DNA of 63,428 nt, counting the filler, from Gonapodya sp. JEL0774 (lineage: Eukaryota), in assembly GCA_027604505.1 (NCBI GenBank). It is 45 parts of 45 records of this genome, joined end to end, with 100 filler letters (N's around TTAATTAATTAA, not from the genome) between each part and the next. Parts side by side here need not be neighbours in the genome. Positions count along the whole stretch, not along the records: positions 1 to 1,321 come from JADIIX010003361.1; positions 1,422 to 2,741 come from JADIIX010003362.1; positions 2,842 to 4,161 come from JADIIX010003363.1; positions 4,262 to 5,580 come from JADIIX010003364.1; positions 5,681 to 6,999 come from JADIIX010003365.1; positions 7,100 to 8,418 come from JADIIX010003366.1; positions 8,519 to 9,836 come from JADIIX010003367.1; positions 9,937 to 11,254 come from JADIIX010003368.1; 37 more parts are not named here. One strand, given 5' to 3'. A program made the position numbers and the translations under genes. Positions 1 through 11,601 of this stretch are shown here, piece after piece. The notes beneath the pieces were generated by a model, which saw only the letters and a list, made by a program, of their open reading frames with translations, was not told the DNA's origin and did no database searches. Positions within the stretch are counted from its first letter, which is position 1; each line of letters opens with the position of its first letter.

Positions 1-664
1 TCTACCGGTTTCTCGTGAATCCTCCGCAGCTCCCTGATTGTGTTCGGGTCGTTTCTCAAGTCGGTTTTCATGGCTACCAGGATAATCGGAACACGGGGGC
101 AGTAGTGAAGGACCTCGGGAATCCATTTCTCCTTCACGTTTTCCAGAGAGTCAGGGGAGTCCACGGAGAAGCAAAGGAGAACGACGTCCGTGGATTCGTA
201 GGAGAGAGAGCGAATACGGTCATAGTCTTCCTGGCCTGTTTAAGGTCATGGAAGCAGTTCGGGGTGGTTCATGGTTCTTCTTTTGTTCCGCGACAGGGTA
301 GCTCAGTCACGAACCTGCAGTATCCCAAAGAGCGAGCTCTCTCGTTTGTCCATCAACAACCAGTCTAACAATATGATTTTCGAAAACCGTCGGGATGTAA
401 CCGGACTCGAAGCGGCCTTCCTTGAATCGTACCAGCAGGCACGTCTTTAGGTGCAGTGACGATGGCGGGCCGGGCACAGACGGCAGAAACCAATAGCACA
501 GTGCAACACAAGAGCAGTTTTTGTACCAGACAAAAGACAAACCGAGTAGGCCACCATATGTCAACGAGCGCACCCCTCGGCCACTTAGGCGAAGCTCAAT
601 CACCCACCTTCCCGACAGCACCATCTCCTACGATGACAAGTTTTCGTCGGTTGTTCGGTGCCAT
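1..664 (-). CDS. Rho-family small GTPase (3' truncated; exons 664-608, 444-315, 235-1)
   Basis: Spliced translation [23 protein letters not shown]...YIPTVFENH...[20 protein letters not shown]...KTDLR contains G1-G4 motifs; GT-AG introns. Confidence 0.95.
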
Positions 665-1321
665 ATTCTGTTTATATTATGGTTTTAAGTAGGGGAAGAT
701 GGGGAGTATACTGGCGACCAGGGGAGGTGGCGGCGTGGCGGAAAGCAGTGAGGGGAGGACCGGAACGGTTCGGAGTGAAGGCGGAAAGCGATGCCCTGAG
801 GTTTACGGGGACACTGGAGAACGAATACTGGAGCGCTACCACGAGAGGTCGAAAGTGAAAGTTTGGCTGACTGGGATTTCAGCAAAGCTTTGGGTGGGGG
901 CTGAGTGTGAATGGAACCGCCTCGGTCGCTCTGTTGATCCCCAAAAACACCAATGCTTGTAATTTCTATTCCACTCACAAGTGGAAGACAGAAATTTTCA
1001 AGAAAGCCCAGAGAAGGAGTGCGCCCCTTGGTTTCGCCCGTTGTAGTTTGGTGGTCACCGATATGAACGCTAGTGGTCAATATTTTGTTTTTGCTTGGTG
1101 CACTCGCAGCGGGCGGATCCCCTGAAAGGCGAATGGTCTTTAAGTGAGATATTACCAGATTTCTTCCATCCATATGCAATGCGCAACCGGTGCGGTCAGT
1201 TATCGTCACGATTGGTAACACGAAGGAGGTTTGGTCGTGGTTGTTTTGCTCGGAATACAAGTAGAAACAGAAATGAAAACAAAAACTAACATATGTCATA
1301 AGGCGCTCCAAATGCGGTTGA

Positions 1322-1421
1322 NNNNNNNNNNNNNNNNNNNNNNNNNNNNNNNNNNNNNNNNNNNNTTAATTAATTAANNNNNNNNNNNNNNNNNNNNNNN
1401 NNNNNNNNNNNNNNNNNNNNN
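1322..1421. other. Artificial contig linker N44-TTAATTAATTAA-N44 (first of 44 copies, about every 1.41 kb)
   Basis: Identical 100-bp spacer with six-frame stops recurs through the window; flanked segments shrink steadily from 1321 to about 1300 bp, as expected for size-sorted contigs. Confidence 0.99.
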
Positions 1422-2741
1422 CGCCGAATACGCTCTCGGTTGTAGTGGGCGACTGAAGTCCACCAGTCTGCCTTGGCTTTCACGTATCGCAAAATCATGT
1501 TCTCGATCGGGATTGGGAGACCTGGTACCTTCCATGGAATGTTCGCCTTCCAGCAACGCCAAGCCTCAGATAAGTGTTGAAGGATTGTTCGGGCCTTGTT
1601 CGCTCGAATGCCTGGTACCAAGGTGTGGGTCAACGACGTGCTCTCCATGCAAAACTAAGCTGTAGGTCAAATCATCTCGTCTCACCTTCGGGAATCATGT
1701 CCATGATATCTGCCATAACTGCCGCACGCAGTTCCAAATCAAAGTGTGATTCAACTCTCTGTTTAGTGACTGTTTTCGCAATGTTCTTCGTCACACGTCC
1801 TTCGAAGTGACGAGCGAGAAGATTGCCCAACCATCGCTCAAGAAGCGGTACCACACCACGAAGGAAGAAGAGCCAGACCCGCCAGCCTGGAGCCCAGAAA
1901 CCACAACCCGGGCCCTTGCCCACGGGACCAGTGTTGAATCGGTAGTAGATCACATGTTTGAGATCCTTGCACATTCGGATTTGCCTCATCAATCGGTACT
2001 TATAACGGTACATTCCCGTCAACTGTCCGACGTGGGCGAAGGAGTATTGAAGACCATCTGCAAGTTGAAATGCATCCACGTTACCCAATCGGTATTGAAC
2101 GTGTGAATCAACCACGAGTTTCGTCAGACGAAGAATCTCGCGGCACTAGCACATAAAAACATGGTTTAGACACCAGAGCCAGCCGAAAGAGGACACTACA
2201 ATACACACCAGGTGGAATGCGTTTCCGAATCGACTCTTCTTCCTCTCCTTCGTGGTCAGAGTTTTGACGGGCTTCAAGTTGAAGTTGTAGTCCAAATGAA
2301 GATAGTTCAAGTTCTTTCTGTGAATGAGCAAGTTCAACATGTTGTAACCCTGTCGGCAAACCTGGAGGCCGGCTTCGACCCAGTCCAGCTCTGTCTTCTG
2401 AAAGAACTTGGTGGCTGCGAGTTGGCGAAACAGGTACTTCTTGTTCAAAGCTTTCGGCGGACGGTGTTTCAATTTGTTGAGAATGTGGCATTTACTGGAG
2501 ATGCGGGACGCAACGAACGTGAGTTTGAAGATAGGCATCAGAATCAAACATACAAAAGAACTCACAGCAGCTTCTGGTAGGACACCCGAACTTTGACGGG
2601 TTGACCTGGTGGGCAGTGTTCCAAGTACCAATTCTTCACCAGCGGTATGTCCTCCGCTCGTCGCATGCTCCCACTCCGCTTGTCGAACGGATGGGGGGCC
2701 CACAACAGTGCCAATCCGGAAGCTGTGTTGTCTGTGTAGAC
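1422..2741 (-). CDS. PRP8: Pre-mRNA splicing factor Prp8, internal fragment (3 introns)
   Basis: Highly conserved Prp8 peptides: [98 protein letters not shown]. Confidence 0.99.
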
Positions 2742-2841
2742 NNNNNNNNNNNNNNNNNNNNNNNNNNNNNNNNNNNNNNNNNNNNTTAATTAATTAANNN
2801 NNNNNNNNNNNNNNNNNNNNNNNNNNNNNNNNNNNNNNNNN

Positions 2842-4161
2842 AAGAATCTGCAGATACGCAATGAAGTACGGTGGTTTCCTTATCTCTCGGATAGACAATT
2901 CCGGAGCGCTTTTATCGAAGAAAGGCTCAATGGCGGGAATTAAAACTTCCGAGAATCCAGATTCAAAGTTTTTCGACCATGGTGGCATGCTGTCGTACCA
3001 ATCTTGGATAGTTTCATCCAAAAAATGAAGACGGGCCACCAACGACTCTGCAAGTGAGGAAGACGGCTTCTCAAACGGGTTGATGGAGTTGGAGATGCAA
3101 GTACCGTGGAAGTCTGCAACCTAAAGCAACTTGACTGAACACAGAAACCCGAGTCTTTGCTTCATGCGATCAACCCTACCTTGCCAAAAATTTGAAGGAG
3201 AATGACGAACCAGCTGAATGGGTCACTACCTTCAGGAAATCCAACGACTCCAAGCTTTTGTGGATTGACAGTCTGACGTTGTTGGCGGCTTAGCTCAGCC
3301 CACGCCTGGGGGGTAAAAGGTGCTCACTGCGCTTGGATCGGTCGATTTCAGTAACCTCAAAAGCGGTCCATACCATTGTCACATCCACGCTCGGGTTGAT
3401 ACTCTCATTGTTGAACAGATCCGAGATTTGATTCATTCCGGGTGGCATGTTTCTCCCAAGCATGGTCAACGTATCATTCTCATTGGTCGGAATGGTCGCA
3501 TCAGCCATCCGATTCGTCACGAAGAACGATTCTTCCAACCTCCGCAAAACTTCCCCGACTGTGACGGAGGTAGTAACCTGTCGTGTTGATTCGTCGATGT
3601 CTGCGAATCCCTCCCAAATCCCTTGAGAGCACGGAAGCAAAGTATGACATTCATGGTCTCGAATCATTGCACTCCTTGACGCCGAGATAGAAGACATCCG
3701 GTCGATGAGATACACAGCCCACCATGCTCGTCTCCTGGATTCCTTTTCTGCCCAAGTCCATTGCCTAGCAGCTTCGGCACTACTGGAAGACGTTGGCTCC
3801 AAGGTCGCTAGAGGCAATCGGTTCGACAACTGGTTTGGCTCAACGTTGAGGTCGAGTTCGAAAGACATTCGAACCGCCATCCCAGTGTAGAGCCACATGA
3901 GAGAACCGTGGACGCCAGTTGTGGACGAATAAAACACAAGCATGACGAGTGCCTGGTTAAAATGCTACAGAATAAGACGCAACACAGACATGGTCATTCA
4001 ATAGACAGATTTTCGGAATGTACTTGCCTGGACTAACGCAAGTGAAGGTCCCTTCTCCATCTTCATATAGACTTCGGTCCTTGCTCTAGAAAAAAGTTCC
4101 TCTTTATCTACACGTGGGTCATTCACGTGAGAAGACGCTAAAGTGAACATGCTGGGGAATG
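2842..4161 (-). CDS. Fungal-specific transcription factor (Fungal_trans middle homology region), internal fragment
   Basis: WLYTGMAVRMSFELDLN...EKESRRRAWWAVYLIDR...TLLPCSQGIW motif series typical of Zn2Cys6 factors. Confidence 0.85.
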
Positions 4162-4261
4162 NNNNNNNNNNNNNNNNNNNNNNNNNNNNNNNNNNNNNNN
4201 NNNNNTTAATTAATTAANNNNNNNNNNNNNNNNNNNNNNNNNNNNNNNNNNNNNNNNNNNN

Positions 4262-5580
4262 AAATGGAGCGAAGCACAACGACTACAATCTTGTGCTTCT
4301 ACACGGAGGCTGTCTTCGCTTGCATTCAACAATCCACCCCGACGTGTTTCTAAGTTCGATTCTTCAAACCCAGGAGACATTGGTGTGTCCGCAACTGAGA
4401 TCATCATAGGAGAAACGTCGGATTTTCACCTTTGCATCATCATTACTGCGCACTGTACGTCTTAAAAGGCCGAGGGAAACCCCGAAAACTTCCCATACCG
4501 GACTCTGTCTCCCACACGCCCCTCAACCCAATCTCCTTCCTTGATTGGGCCGCACGAGTCTACCCAGACAAGATTGCGATCAAGTATGGGAACTGGGAGA
4601 TAAAATATAGGGAAGTGAGTGATGAATTATGTCGTTTCGGGCAACTACAACACTCGTGGGGTCTTACTGGGTTCCGGGATTCGCCACGAATAGTTCCATT
4701 TCCGAGTCCGTCTCTTCGCCTCGGCTTTACTGAAAGCCGGGTTGGAAAAAGGCGACAAGGTTGCAGTTCTCTGGTGGGACATCCCGTGAATCAGCAATTG
4801 CTTCGCGCCGAAAGGACACAAATCTCTCTCGAATTCAGTCCCAATACTATCCTTCCCCTAGATGCCCACTTTGCTGTTCCTCTTGCTGGTGGTGTTCTCG
4901 TAACCCTTAATACTCGCCTCGCTCTCGCGGAGATCATGTACATTATCGAACACTCCGAGTCCACCTTTCTCTTTGTTGACGAAGAGCTCACTTTCCAAGG
5001 CGAACTGCAGAAAGAGTGGGTGAGATTGGGTAGAGATCCCAAAAGGGTGATCGTCACAGACGATTCGGGGTGGTCGCGCACCGATGGATACGAGAAGTTT
5101 TTGGACTCGGTGAGCGAGGAAGTGGAGGGAGAAGTCAAAACGTGGGAAGAGTTTGAGCCAATAAGGGATGAAATGACTACCATTTCTATAAATTATACGA
5201 GCGGTGAGTATCTGCGTTCACTGCGTCCGCGAGGCAAATTTGACATGATGCCTGGGGATCACGCAACTGTGTCCAGGAACTACCGGGAAGTGCGTGTACA
5301 CTCGCGCTCGATGACGTCAAATCAAGTTGCTCACATACTATTTTAAAGACCCAAAGGTGTGCAGTACACGTACCGAGGGTGCTACCTCACCGCACTCAAT
5401 GTCGTAATTGGGACAAGACTCGGATTCGAATCGCGATTTATGTTTGTGGTACCGATGTTGTGAGTTTGACTGTGTCTGGCGTCAGCCGTACAATTCCAGG
5501 TGAACTTGCTGATCTTCTTTGAATCTAGCCACTGCAATGGTTGGATGTTCCCATGGGCGCTTACTTGTGAGCAATCCTTC
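4262..5580 (+). CDS. AMP-dependent acyl-CoA synthetase (acyl-activating enzyme), fragment with multiple introns
   Basis: TPLNPISFLDWAARVYPDK, HFAVPLAGGVLVTLNTRL, spliced signature INYTSG|TTGK|PKGV and PMF|HCNGW. Confidence 0.93.
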
Positions 5581-5786
5581 NNNNNNNNNNNNNNNNNNNN
5601 NNNNNNNNNNNNNNNNNNNNNNNNTTAATTAATTAANNNNNNNNNNNNNNNNNNNNNNNNNNNNNNNNNNNNNNNNNNNNACGTTTGTAATCTATAATAT
5701 AAATTTTTATATTCTGGGGGTCTTGCAAACCCCTACAATATCTAACCCTAAGTACTATTATATGAAAAACTGGTGGCTACTTAAGG

Positions 5787-6042
5787 TGACAAAACCTGTG
5801 CACCTCCCACATCAATACAAATTACAAATCCGAATTCCCAACACTCAAATACATATATGTGCAAAGGGGAGCAGTCAGAAAAGCAGTATTGATGGTGATT
5901 TGATGGTGATCTATAGGTCCGCCCCACTGTTTGGGCAGTAAGTACTTATAGTCACAAATTCAGGGCACATCCCACACCAAAACCAACCATAGATCTGAAT
6001 TCCCCACACTCAAATACATATGTGTGCAAAGGGGAGCAGTCA
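5787..6042. repeat. Diverged tandem duplication with 165-bp offset; 46-bp cores at 5832-5877 and 5997-6042
   Basis: GAATTCCC(A/C)ACACTCAAATACATAT(A/G)TGTGCAAAGGGGAGCAGTCA occurs twice with two mismatches; weaker similarity extends upstream. Confidence 0.85.
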
Positions 6043-6093
6043 ACAGATACTTTTTGGTTCTGACCCAACCCAAACCCAACATCCCTATGTACC

Positions 6094-6999
6094 CTAGGCA
6101 GCACTGGGAATTTGCATAGCAGCAGGTGGTAAGACAAGAGGCGGCTGTTGGTAGCCAGAAACGTGCGGGGGTGTAAGAATAGACGGGAATGGGGGTGGTG
6201 GCAGGTTGGCTGCCAATGCAACTTGAGGGACCACTGCAGCGGGTTGGCCCGCAAACAGGGGAATGGGGGGAACTGTGATTTGTGGTGTTTGGATAGGAGG
6301 CACTTGGGTGCCTGCGGGAGCGGGCAGTGGACTAGTTGTAAGCACTGGGGTTGGCCCAGCGGCTGCACTACTGTATGCGGCACAAGATGTATTTTGGTTT
6401 ACATCACTCGTGACTACTGACACTACTGGGGCTGCACTGACGTCTGTCGCGGCCACGGGACCGGGAACGCTGTCGCCGGTGCTTCTTGGGGGATGGACTC
6501 CGGCGGGGGCGTTTGCTTGGGAATGGGCGGTAGGAGTCAACAAGGCGGGGGCCATGCTTGTTGCCATCTGCGACGTCGCGGTTGTGCTTTCTTCCCTTTC
6601 GTTGTTCATTGTTGGGGTCGGTTCGGTTATCGCTGCCGACGACGCTGTTTGTGGTGCTGCACCTGGAGTTGGTTCCTGGGCAGGGTGCTGGAAGATGGAG
6701 GCGTTGGCGTCAGGCGTGTACTCTGGCACAAGGGTGGAGATGCGGACGATAGGGGTTGGCCAGAGTTGAGGGCCGAGAGGTTGAGTTGAGCACGATGGTA
6801 GACAGAGAGAGGTGGGAAGTTGTACGGGAGAATGGAGCGGGGGTCAGGCTCCTTGAGTTCAAATACAACCCGGTCAATTGGTTGACCCGGTACGTACTTG
6901 TGGGCAGGGACAGTCGGTGTCGCTGCACGAGAAGCGGTGAGGAACGTGTTGAAGTGTGTGAAGCACCGTTGGTGGTACTCCCACTCGTTCACTCGCGGC
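6094..6999 (-). CDS. Pro/Ala/Thr-rich hypothetical protein, probably decayed or repeat-derived
   Basis: Overlapping ORFs 6627-6992 and 6094-6729 in different frames; low complexity, no recognisable domain. Confidence 0.3.
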
Positions 7000-7099
7000 N
7001 NNNNNNNNNNNNNNNNNNNNNNNNNNNNNNNNNNNNNNNNNNNTTAATTAATTAANNNNNNNNNNNNNNNNNNNNNNNNNNNNNNNNNNNNNNNNNNNN

Positions 7100-8397
7100 G
7101 TGAAGACCTACATCTTGGGTGACGTGATCTTGGGCGGCTTGGAGGGCTCGTCTGGTGCGGTCGGTGCAGGTCGGGCCGGTGAGTGTTTCGGTGTGGCCAC
7201 GGGTCGTGGGTGGCTGGTCGACCCCACCACCCGTGTGGACGTGGACGTGGACTGCGCGGCGGATGTCGGTGCGGGTGCGGGTGCGGGTAAGGGTGCGGGT
7301 AGGGGTCGACGTCCTCTCCTCTGGTGCTGTGGTGGCCGGGATTGGAAATCGCCGTCGTCCCCGTCCCCTTCCCCGTCCGACTCGATCCGGATGACGATAT
7401 GGTCTCTCGGCCCGTGTTGCTTTTTTTTCGCCGCCGGCGCCGTGGTATCCGCACCTGAACCGGTCTTGTCCGCGTCCTTATCCTTCTCCTTGCCACCTTC
7501 CCCGACCTCCCTGTTTTCGTTCCGGTGCGTTGGAAAGTACTTTGACGTGGTGGGCCCGGGCACGGTCCCCCTGCCTTTCCCCGCCTGCCTTTCTCGCTCG
7601 ACCCGTTCCCGCTCTTTCTTGGCCCTGGCTTCCTCCTCGCGAGCCCTTCGGTGTTCGTCCATCTGGCGGGCGCGGTCGTGGTCGCGCCAGGCGAGGCTAG
7701 TGTGGGGTGCGGGTGAGAAACGGGCGTTGGGGGGGTGTGAGAATGGGTGGGAGAGGGGAAGGGGGTATAGGTGGAGGAGTGGCAGAGGGGAAGAGAGGGT
7801 TATGGGGTGTGGGAACGGTCGGTGATGAGAGGTGCAATTCGGTGCACCGCAGTGGAGATGAAACCCCAAACCCAAACCCCCAAAGACAGGAGAAAAAACC
7901 GCAATAACAACAGGAGAAGAAACCGACCTCGCAGCAAGCAGAGCGAGCGACTTTCCGGTCCCAGTTGGGCTCTCTAGAAGGGCGTTTTGGGAAGTCTGGA
8001 GTGCTTTGATGATCTAACTCGAAAGAGATACAAAGAGGGGGATGAGGATAAAGAACGCAAGAGTGAGAAAGAGAGAGAGAGAAAAAAGAGCCGGGAGAAG
8101 GAATGGAACCTTGTCCATGAGTTGGAGTTGAGCAGGGTAGGCCTTGAAAGGGAACACGACCTTGACGCCGTTGATGGTGTAGGACTGGGCAGATTGGGGG
8201 AGAGAATGATCGATCGGAGGTGTTGCGGGGGAGGAGGCGCGGATCAAGTCTGAAGATGGGAGACAGAAGAGGGAGGAGTCAGCAGGGGGTGAGAGAGAGA
8301 TGGAAGGGAGAGTGCACGGACCACGGATACCACGTGATGGAGACTGAGGAATGGGCTGATTGGACACGGGTTTCCCCTTGTGTGACTTGGGCGGCAT
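7100..8397 (-). CDS. BRIP1: FANCJ/BRIP1-like (XPD-family) DNA helicase, N-terminal fragment
   Basis: Spliced YTINGVKVVFPFKAYPAQLQLMDK|IIKALQTSQNALLESPTGTGKSLALLAAS|LAW matches the Q-motif and Walker A region of FANCJ/RTEL1; the YTIxGVK..FPxKAYPxQL start resembles FANCJ most. Confidence 0.8.
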
Positions 8398-8518
8398 CCT
8401 TGGTGTTCAGACGCCAGGNNNNNNNNNNNNNNNNNNNNNNNNNNNNNNNNNNNNNNNNNNNNTTAATTAATTAANNNNNNNNNNNNNNNNNNNNNNNNNN
8501 NNNNNNNNNNNNNNNNNN

Positions 8519-9836
8519 GGAAATTCAGCGCTCGTCGGAGTACTCCTAGGATGCTTCTCGGGAGCGCAGCTCATATGTTCTCCACTGTTCGGGTGGCTAT
8601 CTGATCGCATCTCAAATCGAAAATGGCCTATGGTTGTCGGTTTATTTGCTGGTGTGATTGCTATCGGTGAGATCTCTTCGATTTGTATCTGACCGTGGGA
8701 AAAGGACTGATCCTACTCACACTACGATGACACAGTATTCTTTGCTGCTTCTACAAATTTTCCAATGTTGGTTGTTGCACGCACACTTCAGGGAATCGCC
8801 GCTGCTGCCGTGTGGACATTAGGTCTTGCCCTCGTGGGTGACGTGTTCCCAGCCGATCAATTGGGAAAAGCCTATGGCATTGCAATGGCTGGGTTCTCCG
8901 TCGGTACGTTTGCAGGTTGGAGCTTCGCGTTACCTTCTTCCAATCATGGTTATTTTTCACTCCAGGAACAGTCATCGGCTTGCCTATTGGGGGCACACTG
9001 TACGCCGCAGCTGGCTATTGGTCTCCTTTCCTGGTGTCCTCATCTTTTATTCTCTTGGATATGCTGGGGCGGCTGCTTGTTGTGGAGCCAAAGCGTCCCT
9101 CTCTCCAGGTCTCAGACGGGTCTTCTCCTCTGAAGTCCGACATCATTCTGTTGCCAGCAGAAGAAACACCTAGTACGAACCCAGAGACAAGCACCACGGG
9201 TGCGACCAGCCCCATTTCTGCTATTGCTTCTCCCTCCGCAGTGAACCGCGGATTCCCCCATAACATCACGTGGCATGTGTTGCACACGAGCGATCCAACA
9301 TATTGGGATATTCTGCGAGACCCAGCTATCTTGACCCTATGCGGCGTAAATGCGGTTGGAGCTGTTGTAGTCTTTTCACCAGAGCCAACTCTCCCACTCT
9401 ATTTAGAGAAGGAGCTTGGTGCGAATAGTGTGTCTGTGAGTCTCATCTATTTTGCAATGGTAAGTTTGCCAATCAATGCATACTAGATCTCCACTAAATT
9501 TCCTCAAACGTGATACTGAGCAGGTCGTAACTGGTTTGATTTCCGGCCCCCTTGCTGGCATTCTTCGAGACAAATATGGATCCTGGAGGGTAGTCATTCC
9601 TAGCCTTGTCTGCACGTGCATCGTAACACCATTTTGGGCATTTGCGAAAACTTACGCTTCGGTGAGTGGCATGGCACAACTCTTCCATGTTCTGATAAGA
9701 CAGAAATGGAGAGTGATCGGGTGATGTTTTCAATCACTAATCAACATAGTTCGCCGCGGTCACCGCTATTTTTGGATTCTTTATGACAGCCGTGCAGGCT
9801 CCGATGATGTGAGTTCTGTAAATTGTATTTATACCA
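8519..9836 (+). CDS. MFS transporter (DHA1/SLC18-like), internal fragment
   Basis: PLFGWLSDRISNRKWPM (MFS motif A), ARTLQGIAAAAVWTLGLALVGD, GLPIGGTLY, several hydrophobic helices; short GT-AG introns. Confidence 0.9.
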
Positions 9837-9936
9837 NNNNNNNNNNNNNNNNNNNNNNNNNNNNNNNNNNNNNNNNNNNNTTAATTAATTAANNNNNNNN
9901 NNNNNNNNNNNNNNNNNNNNNNNNNNNNNNNNNNNN

Positions 9937-10981
9937 CCCCAAATCATCTCTGGAGTCCAAATCCAGTGTATACAAATTATTGTGTCACCAATGGTATCAT
10001 CCAAGACTTCACAGTTCACACCATCTCCCCACACTCAATCATGTCTGACACCATCCGTATCACGTCTGATGGCTTTAAAAAGGCTGTGGACGTTCTTGTG
10101 ACACCACAAAGTTTTGAAAGTGGAAGAAACGGGCGGAAGTGGAGTTTCAGGCGTTGGAGGTGATGGGAATTGTGGACGGGACGGAAACCTGCCCAACAGA
10201 AACCGGCAACGAGAAAACGCTCTGGGAGCGTAAAGACCGTCTTATTCGCGCCGCGATTTTCGCGGTGGTATCCCCAGACTTGGATGGACCGCTGGATCCG
10301 TCGAAATCTGCCGCATTCAACTGGGGAGCGCTCAAAACCGCCTACGCACCACGCCTTGTCGGGGAACGTCACAGCATCATGATGCTGATCCAGTCTACTC
10401 GCCTCACAGGGACAATCGCGGAGCTTGAACGTACCTTCAACGATCTGTTCGCCCAGGTCGCGGATCTCGACCCAGATCATCCGATTTCGGAAACCGACAA
10501 GATCCAGCATTTTCTTACCGCCGTGAAGTCCGAGTACCCAATGGACACTGCAATACAGTTCAGCAAGACGGATGCAAGGTACCTCGAAGTTGTACAGGCG
10601 TTTCGAGCTGCAGAGGGACAGAAACGGGCGGAGGCGCAAGTGCAGATGGCGATGGCAGCGGCAGTGGCGGCGAATAACGTGAGCAGCACCGGTGATGTGT
10701 GTTACGAATGTGGAAGGCCTGGGCACTTTGCGCGGGAGTGCAGGTCGCGTCGGTGTCACAACTGCGGCCAAGTTGGTCACCTTCAGGCGGGGTGCACGGC
10801 AGGTAGAGGGAACGGAGCGCAGAATGCGTTCGGAGGCAGGGGAGGACCAGCGAGAGGTCGTGGGCGCGGGGGACGTGGTGGACATGGGGGATTCGGTCGT
10901 GGTCGCGGAAGGGGAGCAGCTAATCATGTCGAAAATGTGGACACTAGCGCGAATACATACGTGAGTGACGAGTACTTGGTT
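9937..10981 (+). mobile_element. Copia-type LTR retrotransposon 5' part: LTR end (to 9990), PBS 9992-9999, gag from 10041 with a 1-nt frameshift near 10117
   Basis: ...CACCA-A-TGGTATCA (LTR end plus PBS complementary to a tRNA CCA end); gag motif W......LEVMGIVDGTETCP; two CX2CX4HX4C knuckles (10700-10741, 10754-10795); RGG-rich tail. Confidence 0.85.
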
Positions 10982-11354
10982 CACGAAAAAGGGGGATCTA
11001 GGGGCTCAGAGAACAGCAAAAACGAGGAAAGTCGAAAAAAATTTTTCTCTGTGCTCGCCGCACGGGCGTCTTTCCAGACGGGACCCCCACGGCTGGGGGG
11101 CCTGCCGCTCGCCGCGGAGGCAGTCGTAGGGGCAGATGATGCAGTTCTTACTTGGAATGAGAGTTTGGAAAAGTCCAGGTCTTCCTGGCCGACACCACCC
11201 ACAACTCCACTTGCAGCAAATTGGGGTGCGGGGGTGTCGAAGGGAGATGGCCTTNNNNNNNNNNNNNNNNNNNNNNNNNNNNNNNNNNNNNNNNNNNNTT
11301 AATTAATTAANNNNNNNNNNNNNNNNNNNNNNNNNNNNNNNNNNNNNNNNNNNN

Positions 11355-11493
11355 AATCCCATCCTCATCCCTCATCCCCATCCCGGATGAGATTTCGAAA
11401 AGTTTCAGAATGTCGAATCCCATCCTCATCCCTCATCCCCATAATCAGTTTTCTGATTTTCGAAATCTCGTCCGTGATAGGGACAAGGATGAG
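11355..11493. repeat. Combined inverted and direct repeat block (arms 11364-11401 and 11457-11493; identical 27-mers at 11355-11381 and 11416-11442)
   Basis: CTCATCCCTCATCCCCATCCCGGATGAGATTTCGAAAA pairs imperfectly with TTTTCGAAATCTCGTCCGTGATAGGGACAAGGATGAG; AATCCCATCCTCATCCCTCATCCCCAT repeats at a 61-bp offset. Confidence 0.9.
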
Positions 11494-11601
11494 AACGCGC
11501 CTAGACACATCATTGAATCGTTCTTTATGACCACGGCTGTATTCCAATCACCCAACAAAAATGCATTCGAACTTTGTACTATTCCAATCACCCAACAAAA
11601 A

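Noticed and set aside
1422..2741. Possible Prp8 intein
   Set aside because: All interruptions are short GT-AG introns and the spliced protein is collinear with Prp8; no intein or endonuclease motifs.
10108..10125. Programmed ribosomal frameshift in gag
   Set aside because: No X-XXY-YYZ slippery heptamer, and the site is near the gag N-terminus; a 1-nt deletion or homopolymer error is simpler.
10016..10984. 322-aa antisense ORF, and similar long shadow ORFs at 7100-7825 and 60679-61950
   Set aside because: Antisense or alternative-frame shadows of GC-rich or low-complexity sequence with no motifs; some run through N gaps.
11410..11601. N-terminal extension of the sphingolipid synthase ORF shown in the ORF track
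   Set aside because: It translates the repeat block and the duplicated start region; the ATG at 11602 directly precedes the first hydrophobic helix.
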